Translations under genes and position numbers: made by a program
From: Catajapyx aquilonaris
Lineage: Eukaryota
Length of the DNA stretch: 64,000 nucleotides
NCBI GenBank assembly: GCA_000934665.2
Contig: KZ538276.1
Location: 1-64,000 of the forward strand
Reading direction: 5' to 3'
The notes under the pieces: generated by a model
The model's input: only the letters and a program-made list of their open reading frames with translations
Databases searched by the model: none
Told to the model about the DNA's origin: nothing
Part shown: one piece after another, positions 1 to 12,690 of the stretch
How positions within the stretch are numbered: position 1 is the first letter of the stretch
Layout: each line of letters begins with the position of its first letter

Positions 1-572
1 ATGGACACCTGAATAGAAGGTTTTTTGGGGGGGATAGGAGAGGGGGGGAAGAGAGGGTTTTTTTTGAAAGTGGTCCCCTGCTTTTGTGGCGGTGACCTTT
101 ATTTTCCGGTAAAGTGGTGTCCTATCGCGCGGTTCGATTGATGGGGTAAACTGGAGGGGTACCCCATTGTTTTCGGTGCCGCCTGGAGTGGGTTATTTTT
201 CGGTAGGTAGAGAGATGGGAAAGGAGCAAAAAAAATTGGGAGTACGAGGGATGGACGTTTGAAATATTAGTACTGGAAAAATTAGCGATTTAATATTTTG
301 TGAGTTAATATTTTCATTGGGAGAAGGGTGTCAGTGCGTGGCTGTATCGCTTGGATTGTTATCAAATTCAATATTTTCTTTTATTATTTTTACCAAGCGA
401 TTTATTATTTATTCATTATTTAATTTATTTATTTTGTTGTTATTATTTTGTTACTTTATTTATTTATTTTGTTATTATTTGTTATTTTATAATTTATTCA
501 TTATTTAATTTATTTATTTCGTTATTATTATCATTTGTTATTATTATTCATTATTTTATTTATTTTGCATTA

Positions 573-672
573 CAGTAGAACCTCGATTATCCGTCGCCCA
601 CGGGACTGGGGCATTGTTGGATAACAGAAAAGGTAGGATAAACCGAGGAGTCGGATAAACGGGGTTCTACTG
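573..672. mobile_element. pogo/Tigger-like (Tc1/mariner) MITE, 100 bp
   Basis: TA|CAGTAGAACCTCGATTATCCG ... CGGATAAACGGGGTTCTACTG|TA: terminal inverted repeats with a TA target duplication. Confidence 0.85.
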
Positions 673-2419
673 TATTTATTATTCTTATTTATTATGTATT
701 TGTTGGTAATTTATTGGACTACTAATTAGTAATTACTTTGTAATTGTAATTTTATTGTTATTGATTGATTGATTGATTCATTAATTCATTTCGTTAGTCA
801 GTCAGCCAGTCAGCCAGCCAGCCAGCCAGTCAGTCAGTCACTGTTACCTTGCTTCCCTTACAATATTGTGGGAGTGGAGGAAAATTTAATATTATCACCA
901 GTATTTTTCAGGTAACTTGAAATTATTAGTGTCTGATCCAACTGGTCACAACATACTGCCAACAATAGGTCAGAGAGCCCATATACTGGACCCGTATAAA
1001 GGGACACTAATTTCTGGTGTTTTTTCCCAAGCATGAACCTTCTCAATTGACAAGATTTGAACCGGAATGGGGCTTCAACTATAGTCATTTAAACAAAATA
1101 TGTGGACCGTTTAAAAATTTATTCCCCGTGTTTGAACAATGCAGACTAAAAGCACCTCCAATTTTTTTTTTGCATATGCAGTTATCTCACCTGGTTTTGC
1201 AAGACCAGGATGCGGGGGTACAGTGCACATACACATGTGCCCATTTATTTTACAAAGCGCATTGTTCCAGTGCTGTCAGCATGGGGCGACACGATATATA
1301 AAGCCTGCAGTATATTGTGGATATAATTGATTTGATAATGCGTCCAATGTGACAATGTGTTGACACTCAATGTGAAGTATAATGTGTGCGGCTATTGGAA
1401 TAATAAATGCTCCAAATTATATTAAGAGCCAGCATTTTCAAAACGGATTCCCCCCCCCCCCAGTAGGTGCTACAAAAACACTGAATATTTTTTCGCTTCC
1501 CACCCTTCACATACTCATATAAGTGACCCATAAGTCAGGACAACTGTCATATATTTCTGACCAAACGTGACTCATTGGGGACTACTTGAAAACCCATATG
1601 TTCACAATAAATTAACTGCGTTGAGGACGCTAATGAGATTTCGGATTCCAAATTAGGCTAATCCGCCGGCTTCATATGCGGTAATTACCAGAATAACCTT
1701 ACTGAGGAAATATTGACCGCACCAGTGGTACCTCCCTCCCCCCTCACCATCCCCCTCAGATTTTTATGGTTTGCCTTCCTAATTGCTGGAGAACCTTTAC
1801 CGCGCCGGAATATTACAGCACTCGTAATGACGCAGCTTCCTTTATTTGCAGAGCGAAATAATACAAGGGAAGGGTTCCGCATCTGGAAGTGGCTATGGCC
1901 TAGAGAAACATTTAACTTGAAGAAAAAAAAACTAGCCTCATCTAGCACAAAAAGTTTCCAGTTTTCTGTAAAATAAAGGCAAGGAGCAAGAAGTGAATGT
2001 AAAGAACAATCAGGTCAAATTACATGAAAAGTGAAAACTGCTGATGACTATTACCTACAAAATGTTGCTGAGTTGGTTTGCAAACAATTGTAATATAAAA
2101 TGTCTGGGTGTACTATCAGGGTCAAAAAGATTGTCGTACTGTTATGGAGATGTCCGCCAGTTTTTCTCCCGCCATCAGTGTATACATGTCCACGCCCCAA
2201 TTTTTTGAATTAGCAATAAGTAGCCACAAGTGGACGTAGTATCACATTTCTGACATAGATGACGCTATCTGCACACTGCCACTCTCAGGGTCGTGTGAAT
2301 GGTATGCACATAGGTGCTGGGACAAACTCAGGTAGGACTTTTGTAATTGGGTACCGGAATATGGCAGGGGGACGCTCTACCAACATATCGTATGACCTAG
2401 CCTTCCTTCCAGGCAGATA

Positions 2420-2860
2420 CACGCCTAGCCTTCAGCGGATACACCCCTATGATTCAGAGGATCCTATCCTTCAGATGTTACAAACCTATCCTTCGGCACA
2501 TTCACGCCTAGCCTTCAGCGGATACACCCCTATGATTCAGAGGATCCTATCCTTCAGATGTTACAAACCTATCCTTCGGCACATTCACGCCTATCCTTCA
2601 GCGGATACACCCCTATGATTCAGAGGATCCTATCCTTCAGATGTTACAAACCTATCCTTCGGCACGTTCACGCCTATCCTTCAGCGGATACACCCCTATG
2701 ATTCAGAGGATCCTATCCTTCAGATGATACAAACCTATCCTTCAGCACGCTCACGCCTATCCTTCAGCGGATACACAACTATGATTCAGAGGATCCTATC
2801 CTTCAGATGTTACAAACCTATCCTTCAGCACATTCACGCGTATCATTCAGCAGATTCACG
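2420..2860 (+). repeat. 83-bp tandem minisatellite, ~5.3 copies
   Basis: Units start at 2420, 2503, 2586, 2669, 2752 and 2835; each holds three cctatccttc(a/g)g-like subrepeats. Confidence 0.95.
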
Positions 2861-4161
2861 CTTAGGAGAATAGGTCTCGCGATACGAAAGCTTAGCCCAA
2901 ACTCAAACCAATCCTATATTATTATTCTAGTGATAGAACCTCACCTGAAAAAGACATCATTAAGAGGTGCGGGCTTTTTTGAGCGGTCCCAGTGCCCCCT
3001 ACCGCCTTTTAATAACACAAAAGGCAGCTTTAATTACGGTAGTGAGAGCCTGGAAATGCAGTGCTGAGCGAACCTTTATCCGAGGCTTTTGGTATATAGT
3101 GGGGTGGTGGTGGAAGGAGGAGAGGAGGGGGTAGGCTGCGTGCTCGCATTTGATTGGCTCGTAAATCATCTCCGTGGTAGACTGGTCTAAGGAATTTAAT
3201 ATGTGTATCGATATGAAAATAGCTGGCGGCCCAAGGGTACTTGCAAGGTGCCCTGTAAAGTATCCCAGCTTCCGTTTAATCCCGACTGCGAGATGTTTTA
3301 TTACCTTACCCGCCCATGTTTATTACGCTCTCCGCCCAGATACCAATTTTGAAGCAGGCGTTCTGATATTAGCATTTTTTGGGGGGAGGGAGGACCAGAA
3401 GAGGGAGAGATCAAACGGGGAGGAAAGAGGGGAAGGAATGGACTTGGGGAGTATGATTATTGCTTGGTATTATTTTTACCTGCTTTTGTTACGCTCAGCT
3501 TGTAATAATGTAATCTCCTGGGAGATGTGGTGGAACGTCATTTCAGATGAAGGGTGGAAACAAGGTAGTGGTCATTTGGACCAAAGATGGCGGCTCCCAT
3601 GGGGAGTATCCACACTCCATCGTATTTCAATCGGAAATATTAGTCTCAAGAGTTCCTCTGTTGGATGGAAGTTCACATTCAATACAGTATAATAGAGCAC
3701 AATATTTCATAGAACGTCAGTAGACTACATGAGCTTCATTGTTGTACACGATTTTGGAAATAGTACCCTAATGTTAAGAAATCCAATATTCATAATATAT
3801 TAGCTTAAATATTTCAAACTATTAGCTTAAATAGTAATAACAATTTTAAATGGTATTTAAATTGTGTTTATAGGTACATAACTATATTATTTTAGTTACA
3901 GTATTATATCATTAGCAATGATTTATTATGCGATATGATATCATTAGCAATGATTTTTATGCGATATATCATTAGCAATATATTATCTATTACATTATTA
4001 TATTATTATATTAAGTTATTATCTATCACATTCTTATAGTATATTAGTCGGCCTATAATGTAATATTGATACAAAATTATTTTTGTTAATAATACGGTAA
4101 TTATCAATAGTAACATTTGATTTCTTATTATTTTAATTCCACATCATTTGTTATTTTACGG

Positions 4162-4162
<1 letters not shown>

Positions 4163-4239
<77 letters not shown>

Positions 4240-4512
4240 TCATACCCCGTTATCAGCCGGCGGCTCTTTAGGGGGGGACATTTTTTTTGACTGGAACTCT
4301 TCGTTTCGTTTTTACTGCGCTTTTTGGGATAGGAAAGGAAAGGAAGGAGGCTGCTGTGGCCTATTAGTTTAGGAAACAATTCCGGAATTCTTCTGGAGGA
4401 ACCGTGGGAAACCACAGAAAACCACGGTTAGAGTTGCCGGCACCGGGATTCGAACCCAGGACCTCCCGATTAGCAGTCGGATACCATATCCCCTCCGCCA
4501 CCACTGCTTCGG
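4163..4512 (-). mobile_element. tRNA-derived SINE (family A1) with (ATT)n tail
   Basis: Minus strand has an A-box-like TGGTGGCGGAGGGG, a B box GGTTCGAATCC, a body nearly identical to 8465-8737, and an (AAT)n tail at 4163-4239. Confidence 0.9.
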
Positions 4513-5878
4513 GTTTACAGTAGTTATAGTACGCATGATGTATTTTAATTTACACATTATATTATTAGTCTCGATATTAGTTATATTATATTATTTTCTA
4601 TAAGCTTCAAATGTGCTTCTAGATCTGCCACGTTTAAGAAATCAATATTTGAATATATGCACACCAAATTAGCTTTCAAGTCAAACAATTCCACTTTCTG
4701 CAATTACCACATTCCTGCACAAACAGGCTTGAAATAATGTATGAAACCCTCACCACAGGATTGGTTAAATGAACAGATATTAGACTCGACATGGCTGGGC
4801 TTACAAAATAGACGTACGGTTCAGCAAACTTCACAGTATATATAATAACGAGGTAGATAATAACCCATACAAATTTATAACACCGGTTCGTTTGAAGCAT
4901 TTGACGCCAATAAGCCCCAGACACTTTAATCCTTGGGACTCGAAACTTTCACGGTTTCGTAAGTACTTATAAGGGGAGCAGGAAATAGTGCTGTTTAATT
5001 AGGCCGGGATCATCAGTCATTCATTAATGTGGTTTGGTGCCAAGCAAAGCTAATATGGCAATGCCATTGTTGCTTTAATATGGCAAACGGTTCTGCAGCT
5101 TCCCCCAGCACGTCTTTGATTTAACAGAAGGCCTCCCACCGAATTCATCCCTCCCTCCACCCCCCTCTATTCCTCCCATCCCCATCCCCCACAGCCTCAC
5201 AAGCTCTAATTGGTGGCGGAGAATTCCATACAAGGAATTTGCCCCGTTTCAGCAGCATTCCCCTCCCTCTCCAGCTTTCTTCTATGGCTCTCTCTCTCTC
5301 TCTCTCTCTCGCTCTCTCTCTCTCCAGACATGATGTTCCAGCACTATGTCACCCAGGGGGGGTGCCATCACTACATCACCAGTGTTAAGTGCCAGCTATT
5401 TTAATAGGTCCGTGTGCGGCTGATCGCAAGTCAATGGACTATTAAGTAATAGGCACTCAAGTTGATGGTCGCCCCATTACTTCTGCATACTGTAGATCCT
5501 TCCGCTCTTTTGCTGCTGAGAATGGCAACCCTGCTACTCCAGAAAACATGAGAAGCAGGGTTGACAAGTTCAACTGCAAGTAACACCAATCAGCATATTG
5601 GACCTATTTTTAAAAAAAGTGACTCAAATTTATAAAAAACCAACTTTGTATTCTCTTTTTGGTGGGAATGAAAAATTTACATAATAAAGTAATACATTTT
5701 AAGAGAAGAAAATCGATTTTCCGCAATGAAGAATAGGAGCTGGTGTAGTGACGTTTTCCACCTGAGCCGCCATAGTTCACCAACCGTGCAGAAACCCACG
5801 ACCCTGCCCAACTGCTTAACCGCCCAAACCGCCGTCGTGCCCTCCCGTTAAATATACAGTAGTCAGAAGATCATAACC

Positions 5879-6111
5879 TTGCGGTGTTTCGGTGGGTAGC
5901 GTTATCAGTGGGCCAACGAACTAGCGGAAGGGGAAAATCTGTAACCAGTTAATTTTCTCCCTTTCCAAGCAGATACAAACCGCTCCCTCCGGCAACAAAC
6001 GTCGGATGTTGTAGGGTACCCCCAGGGTGTATCTGCTCGGAAAATTAACTGGTTACGGATTCCGTTCTCTCTTGACCGACTGGGTAACTCTTGAAACCCA
6101 AAATACCGCAA
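5879..6111. mobile_element. Degenerate fold-back element / MITE
   Basis: gtaaccagttaatttt (5941) pairs with aaaattaactggttac (6041-6056); gcagatac/gtatctgc pair inside; ttgcggt/accgcaa pair at the ends. Confidence 0.55.
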
Positions 6112-6229
6112 CGCTTGTTATTATCTTTTGGATACAAGACGTTTCAATCTGGCTCATGTGAATGTACCATTTACTTCAAACATCCAGTACCATATAAAGC
6201 CCATATCCGAGGATTAAGAGAATATAAAA

Positions 6230-6710
6230 GATCTTGCACTTCCTGACGTCGTAGAGGGTCGGACGATGAGCCATCTTCCGGCCCTCTACGACGTCAGGAA
6301 GTGTGAGATCTTTTGGAAAAAATTGCAAATTTTCCAGCCGTTTTCGAGCTATGGCCAAATTAAGATTTCGCACATTCTCATCTTGGCCCGCTCTACGTCT
6401 ACCAGACCAGTGCCATCATCGCCTCAGCCACGCACTCGCTCCCACCCAACTCCCGTCCGCCACCTCTCCACCAATCCGCTTCGGGCGGCGCCACTCTCGG
6501 CCACCCCGCCAACTGGGGTTGAGACAAAGGAACAAAGAAATAAGCCATTGGAGATGGTTCTGGAAGTGCGAGCCGCCAAGCGCCGAAGGCGCGCCAATGG
6601 GGCGAAGCCCCGCCGCCGAGCGCAGCGATTCAAGTATATATAAAGCTTCTCTCCGAGGATATAGGAGGAGGCTGGAAAAGATTTCGCACTTCCCGAGGTC
6701 GTAGAGCGCT
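6230..6710. mobile_element. TIR-bounded non-autonomous element (~6285-6710) with an inverted duplication of its left end (hairpin 6230-6310)
   Basis: ctctacgacgtcaggaagtgtgagatctttt pairs both with aaaagatttcgcacttcccgaggtcgtagag (~6677-6706) and with gatcttgcacttcctgacgtcgtagag (6230-6256). Confidence 0.6.
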
Positions 6711-8074
6711 GGTCGAAGTTCCGTTGGATTCCTTGCCTCAGGTTTACCAATGCCAAAAATCCTCATAATCGCCAATTTCCCAGCCAAAAGTCGAATTTTG
6801 CACGTGCTCACTTGCCCATCTGCTCGTCATTAAGCCGCCGGAGAACAACAGCACACTCTCTCCGGAGCTCCCTCCCCCCGCCGCTGACATCTGGATTCAC
6901 TCTAATCCCACCACATACGTCAGCTAGGGCGCATTCTCATACTCCACACATTTAGCGATGACGTCACGAGTTTTGTAAACGGATGCCACCCCTCTCCGAC
7001 CAAATTTGGCGTAAAAAGACTTGCTCTGTTCGCACTGGAGAGTGGGGTAAGTGTGGGGCGGCCGGGTGCACCTGCACCGGGTCTCGGAGAGTTACAGAGA
7101 CCGAGGATGACCTGCGCGGGACCAGACCAATTCGCGCAGAATGCGCGCAAGTGGGGCCTCGCAACGCGAGTCATATGTATAATCGGGTTTGTCTCTCTTT
7201 CCAGTTTGTCCGAGCTGAGAGTGGCAGAGTAGGATGCGACATCTATGAGAGGATGTGGCAAGCAACGGTCAGAAGATGACAGTAGTCAATTGAATTTACC
7301 TCCCCATTGTTGTATGACATCTCGGTTTCCAATTTGTGTCATATAAATAATGTAAACTCTCCTTTCGATCACTTACACTTTTGATATTCTAGCAGGCTTT
7401 ACCTACGTCCTAACCTGTCTCCTTGAATATTCACAGAAAAAAAAACCCAGCTCCCAGAAAACCCTGTCGCAAAACTGCGATTGTTCTCCCGTAAAAGTGG
7501 CTTGCCCTTAAATATTTCATTTACCAGGCAACAGCCTGGAGAGGTTTGTGCTTTACGCCAGCTCCACTTGGATTTTCTTCTCCTTTTGTCCTCTAGAGCC
7601 GAGTGTTGACAGTGCGCCTTTCCACCCACCCATCTCCCCCCCCCCCAAAAAAAGAGAGAGAAGGTCCTACTGGAAAAGGTGGATCGAAGAAAAGGGAAGT
7701 TCCCCCCCCCCCNGGAGGACACAGGACTGTCACCACGGTTTGCATTCCCAATTACTCATTCCAGGAGAAAGATTCTCCGGATTCCTCCCCCCCCCTTCCT
7801 AGCTTCCAATTTACTACATCCGGGACACTGCCGGCGGAATGTGCAAAAACCGGACCGACTAATTGACCAAGTGCAATGCGCTAGACTGTCTCCGGGTCCT
7901 ATTTTTTTCCTCATGGTCCAAAACCTGGACCAGAGGCTCTTAAGGGTTCGATTTTGTGCCAAGGTCTGATCGTTCTAAAAGCAGAGGGGGTACATGGTAG
8001 AATGTTTCAGAGAGAAATGGGCGGGGATTCTAATTATGGATGTATGAGGACCAATAAGGGCCACCTTTGGGGGT

Positions 8075-8212
8075 ATCCTGATACTTAAGGGTAACCCTCA
8101 TGCCTCTCTTGTGATGCAGGACGCCTACAATCCAGGATGAAAAGTTCAGCCTGGATTGTAGGCTTCCCGCATCACAGGAGAGGCATGAGGGGTTGTCCTG
8201 AAGTGTCAGGAT
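8075..8212. repeat. ~138-bp near-perfect palindrome (fold-back, MITE-like)
   Basis: atcctgatact...cctcatgcctctcttgtgatgc...cctacaatccagg-atgaaaagttcag-cctggattgtagg...gcatcacaggagaggcatgagg...agtgtcaggat. Confidence 0.85.
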
Positions 8213-8464
8213 GAATCTGAAGATAATTATGAAATTTTGAATGAATTAGTTCTAGTAATTAAGCAAGAAAATGAGTTCTAATTAGTATTAGATTCGTTGA
8301 AATTAGTTTCCTCCCTCCGTACATGAATGTACGGGGAAGTGAGGCGAAACAAAGTAAATATAAAAATATAAAAAAATTGAAATTAGTTCTAATAATTATG
8401 ATTATGATTATTAAGAATTTTGATTAAGATCAAGATAATTAATTCTAATAATTATGAAGATGAC

Positions 8465-8737
8465 CGAAGCAGTGGTGGCGGAGGGGATATGGTATCCGAC
8501 TGTTAATCGGGAGGTCCTGGGTTCGAATCCCGGTGCCGGCAACTCTAACCGTGGTTTGCTGTGGTTTCCCACGGTTCCTCCAGGAGAATTCCGGAGTTGT
8601 TTTTTAAACTAATAGGCCACAGCCGCCTCCTTTCTTTCCTTTCTTATCCCAAAAAGCGCATTAAAAAAACGAAACGAAGAGATCCAGTCAAAAATATAAT
8701 AACGGGGTATGAATTATTATTTAATTATTATTTTTAT
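8465..8737 (+). mobile_element. tRNA-derived SINE (family A1)
   Basis: Pol III A/B boxes (GGTTCGAATCC at ~8520), ATT-rich tail, 14-bp TSD attatgaagatgac (8451-8464 and 8738-8751). Confidence 0.92.
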
Positions 8738-8766
8738 ATTATGAAGATGACTATGAAGAATTATGA

Positions 8767-9036
8767 CCGAAGCAGATTGGTGTAGGGCGTAGGGGATAAA
8801 GAGCCTGCCTGCTAAGGTCCTGGGTTCGAATCCCGGGGCAGGCGACCCTGGCCATGGTTTTCTGTGGTTTTCCATGGTCCCCTCCAGGACAATTCCGGGG
8901 TCGTTTCCGTAAAAATAGGCCACAGCCGCTTCCTCCCTTCCCTATCCCTGGTCCCATCCAATGGTGGTAATCCACCCCCCTAAGGGAGCCAAAGGCTCCA
9001 GCACGGGGTATGATAAATAAAAAAGAAATAAATATT
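8767..9036 (+). mobile_element. tRNA-derived SINE (family A2: same central body, different head and 3' region)
   Basis: B box GGTTCGAATCC at ~8823, A-rich tail, 11-bp TSD aagaattatga (8756-8766 and 9037-9047). Confidence 0.9.
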
Positions 9037-10379
9037 AAGAATTATGATTAAGATCACAATAATTAATTATAATAATTATGAAAACAATAAAAATGTAGTT
9101 CTAATTCGGGAGTTCTTAACCTTTTCGGGCCTCCGCACCCCTGTGATTTAAGTTCATAGTTAAACTAACAGTCAGTTGCGCTCATAAAAATTCATCCATA
9201 ACTATGAATAGCAATTGAAGTGATCGAGATGATCGCACTGGGATCACAGTAATCAATTTGATGATCATCATGCGATATTTTGAAGACCATAATTCGACAT
9301 TTCCATCTGCCAAAGTTTGACTTTTGCAACACACCCACACAACACACAATATTCATACACCATATTACTCTTGCTCGTGTATCACCCACGCGACGCTTGT
9401 TTTGCAACTCCGAACCATAATAGCGATGGCATCATTTATTACTTATAAACATTGCCTCCGTTGCGACCGCATTGTTTGCACTATTGCCCACCCCCACAAA
9501 ATGACTCCCCCCCATCCAATAACACGCACCGAGATGATCAAGGAATTTGTGGAGCTTTTTATTCGCGCATTTGCAAAACCGTGGGATATTCAGACCCGCC
9601 CACATACGTTCGAGTAGTGGATCCATAAATTTTAGATCACCCACCGACCTCCCCCCACTAGTATAAACCCAGTTGTTAGAATCACTATGCGGTGCTTCAC
9701 TGTCACATTTCTCTTAATTGAACATGTAACCCAGGAGTAATACAACCCCAGTTAGAATCACCCCCATCCATTTTTTTTCAACAATTAAACAGCCGTTTCA
9801 AACCGAGATTTTAATACCAGAGCACATTTTAATTTTGAGCTTGTTTCAAGTAGCGTCTTACTCTCTACGAAAATTACCATCAACAACGTGCGATCAATCA
9901 CTTTGCGATAACACTTAGCGCTAATGCCTCATATTGTAATTAGCTTACCAGAGGGGTCTCTCTTGAGACTTTGCCATCAACAGGATGATAATTATAATGC
10001 CTGTGGTATATGCTAGCAAGGGTTTTAAAAGAGATAACTCTATCTCCTATAAACTGGCCGATATCTGCCGAATTAATCAGGAAGAGTGAGCCTTGAGTGC
10101 TATCGGATCTGACGGCAAAGTAACTTGTGCCTCAGGTAGATGTGATTGAATATATCTTGCCGTGAGAGGAGCCTTCAACTACGTACGTGAGGAGGTGGTT
10201 TATAGCATGTTTGTGTGCATAAAATCACCACAAAGTACATGTAGGGAGTTGTTCGTCATAGCAAATCAGTTGATAGGGAAGCAACAGGTGTGAAGTCACA
10301 GTAACCTGAATTGGTTGATGGGGTAACCACTTTTACCCTTACAAAAGCCGTACATACTGTATATAATCGGATTTATCGC

Positions 10380-10945
10380 TAGTTAGGTTCGGTTAGGGTA
10401 TAGGGTAAAGATTAGGTAACGTAAGGTAAGTTTAGGTAGGGTTAGGTCGGATTGTGTTAGGTGAAATAGGATTAGGTACCGTAAGGTAAGGTGAAGGTAA
10501 GGTACCTTAGGTGATAATATATTAGGAAGGGTTAGGATAGGATAGGATAGAATAGGTTAGGTAACGTAAGGTTAGGTAAGGTAGGGCTATGTCGGCCTAG
10601 GTTAAGTTAGGTTAGGTGAGAGTAGATTAAGTTAGGCTAGGCTAGGGTAGGTGAAATTATATTAGGTAACGTAAGGTAAAGTAAGGTTGGGTTAGGTTGG
10701 GTTAGGTTGGGTTAGGTTGGGTTAGGTTAGGTTAGGATAGGTTAGTAGGGTTAGCTTAGGTTAGGATAGGTTCAGTGAGAGCAGATTAAGGTAGGTAAGG
10801 TTACGACTTACGTGACAGTAGATTAAGGCAAGTTAGGTTAGGTTAGGTTAGGTTAGGTTAGGTTAGGTAGGTAAGGTTATGTGACAGTAGATTAAGGAAG
10901 GTAAGGTTAGGCAAGTTGGTAACGTAAGGTTAGGTTAGGTTAGCT
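10380..10945 (+). repeat. Degenerate interstitial (TTAGG)n array
   Basis: Runs of ggtta/ggttg/ggtaa/ggata pentamers. TTAGG is the common arthropod telomeric repeat. Confidence 0.85.
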
Positions 10946-11271
10946 AAACTCCCCTAGAATTCTGTCCATCTGCAGTCATCATGGTTTCCTGAATGGTAGA
11001 AATTTCCCTGCCAAAGCCAGCCTGCGGGCGTCGAGTTTAAGTCGAATCTCTGCCATCCGGAATGGGCCTGGGTCTCCGTAAGGAATCAAAGGAGGGGGAG
11101 CAAAATGGACAACAAATCCCTCTAATTGGACCAACGGCGGATGGCGGTGTCTGAATGGCCAATTAATTTGTCTTTTGCGTCGACTTCCATCCCTCTCCTG
11201 CTCTCTTTGCAGCGCCACAGGTTCGCTGCACCAACTTCGACTCCGAGAACAGAATGCGTAATTCCTGCGTG

Positions 11272-11281
11272 AGTCTCTCTC

Positions 11282-11317
<36 letters not shown>
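11272..11317 (+). repeat. (CT)n microsatellite
   Basis: Direct reading. Confidence 0.95.
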
Positions 11318-11319
<2 letters not shown>

Positions 11320-11994
11320 AGCTTAAGCGGGGGTGGGGGTGGGTGGATCGGTTTCGGTCCAACGACGCCTTTGGTCTGCATTGCTTCAGACCAGAGTCAC
11401 AACTGAAATAATGGCGGCTCCGGTACTGCGCCACAATCAACCCGGGCCTCAGAGAGTAAGCTGATTATGGGAGCGTGCTTAGTTAGTGAGATAAGGGGGT
11501 GGGCGGGAAGGATGCGCGCGCAGGATGGGTGGGCTGGGTTGGTTGCGCGCGCAGGTGGCTGAATGCGGGTTTGCTGAGTGTATGCTACTATTAGCAGCGG
11601 AGCCCGTTCTTCGCCCAGCCTGTTACCATTATAATGTAATCAACAACAATCAATCGTTGTGTTTTAATGCCATGGAAACCTCTATGTTACGGACATACAA
11701 ACAAACTTTCCCTCATAAATAAGACAAGGTGAGGAGAGCACCATCTGTGGTGTGCATAACAATTGCTGCAAATGAAAAGCCAAACATCATAAAAACAAAA
11801 GAACCCAAAATTTGTGGTATTTACTATTTAGATTTAAAGTGAAATTTTCTGACTTTTCCCTGAATCAGCGACACGTAATCCATCAGTGTGTCCAATTTCA
11901 GCACTCTCAGTAGTGCAGAAGTGGGTTAGGTAACCCTGAGAAACATACATACATACCAACAAATTTTGTCGTTTATACTGTGAGAGAAGCTCAT

Positions 11995-12690
11995 GCGCCT
12001 GTCGCCTGGCAGGGATTGGTGGAAAGATGTAGTATAGCTCGAAACGTATGGTTGAGTTCGTGGGTGCGCAGGTGGCTGATGGCGACGGGATTGGCTAGAG
12101 CTCCTAATATGCTAGCCAATAGGCCTGGCAGGGATTTGTGGAAAGTTGTAGTAGTAGGGCACGTTTAACGTATGGTTGATGGCTATACCCTTTCACTTCG
12201 GGAGACGTCGCAATTTTAGCAACTTTCCTAGGCTTGTATCCCAGCTGGTATCCGCTGAAGATAAGCCTGTATCCGCTGAAGGATAGGTATGTACCCGCCC
12301 GGAAGGAAAGTTTCGCCTTAAGGTAGGTTGGTATGAGCGTATACTCATACCTCTCCAAATTCGGTCAGCCGATATGAAAGTCCTTCCAGGTTAAGTTGGT
12401 GCGTGCGCATGCGGACAGGGGGGATCTGTTGGAACGAGCAGGTGGCTGAGCGCTGATTGGCTGAGAGCTCCTGATACTAAGCCAACAGACACTGCAGCGA
12501 TTGGTGGAAGGTAGTAGGGTGCGTTTAACGTATAGTCAGGTATAGTTGAGTTGGTCCGCGCGTAGGCGGATAGAACAGTGCGCGCGCAGGTGGCTCAGCG
12601 GGGATTGGTTAGAGCGCCAATATGCTAATAATCCAACAGGCTCTGCAGCGATTGGGTTGAATGTTATAGTAGTACGCGTATAACCCTTAC
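11995..12690. repeat. Degenerate ~120-bp repeat block with an insert related to the 83-bp satellite
   Basis: Recurring gcgcaggtggct(g/c)a...gattgg(c/t)t..gagc..(c)taatatgcta..caa..ggc...gcag.gatt.gtggaa; 12249-12335 is the reverse complement of cctatccttcagcggatac-type sequence. Confidence 0.6.

Noticed and set aside
2420..2860. CRISPR-like appearance of regular repeats (also 23510-23700, 40508-40738, 50670-50800)
   Set aside because: Head-to-tail units with no unique spacers, no cas genes, eukaryotic context.
6266..7279. GC-rich overlapping ORFs as a transposase or viral gene
   Set aside because: No DDE, RT or gag motifs; several frames are open because of GC content.
8465..8545. tRNA gene (also ~4435-4512, ~8767-8845, ~22635-22713)
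   Set aside because: A/B boxes are present, but there is no complete cloverleaf and each continues into a SINE body and tail, most with TSDs.
9105..9690. hAT/Charlie-like element (gggagttcttaacctttt...)
   Set aside because: Only a degenerate left end; right TIR and TSD are not convincing.
10380..10945. True telomere or chromosome fusion point
   Set aside because: Degenerate, single orientation and internal, with no head-to-head TTAGG/CCTAA junction.
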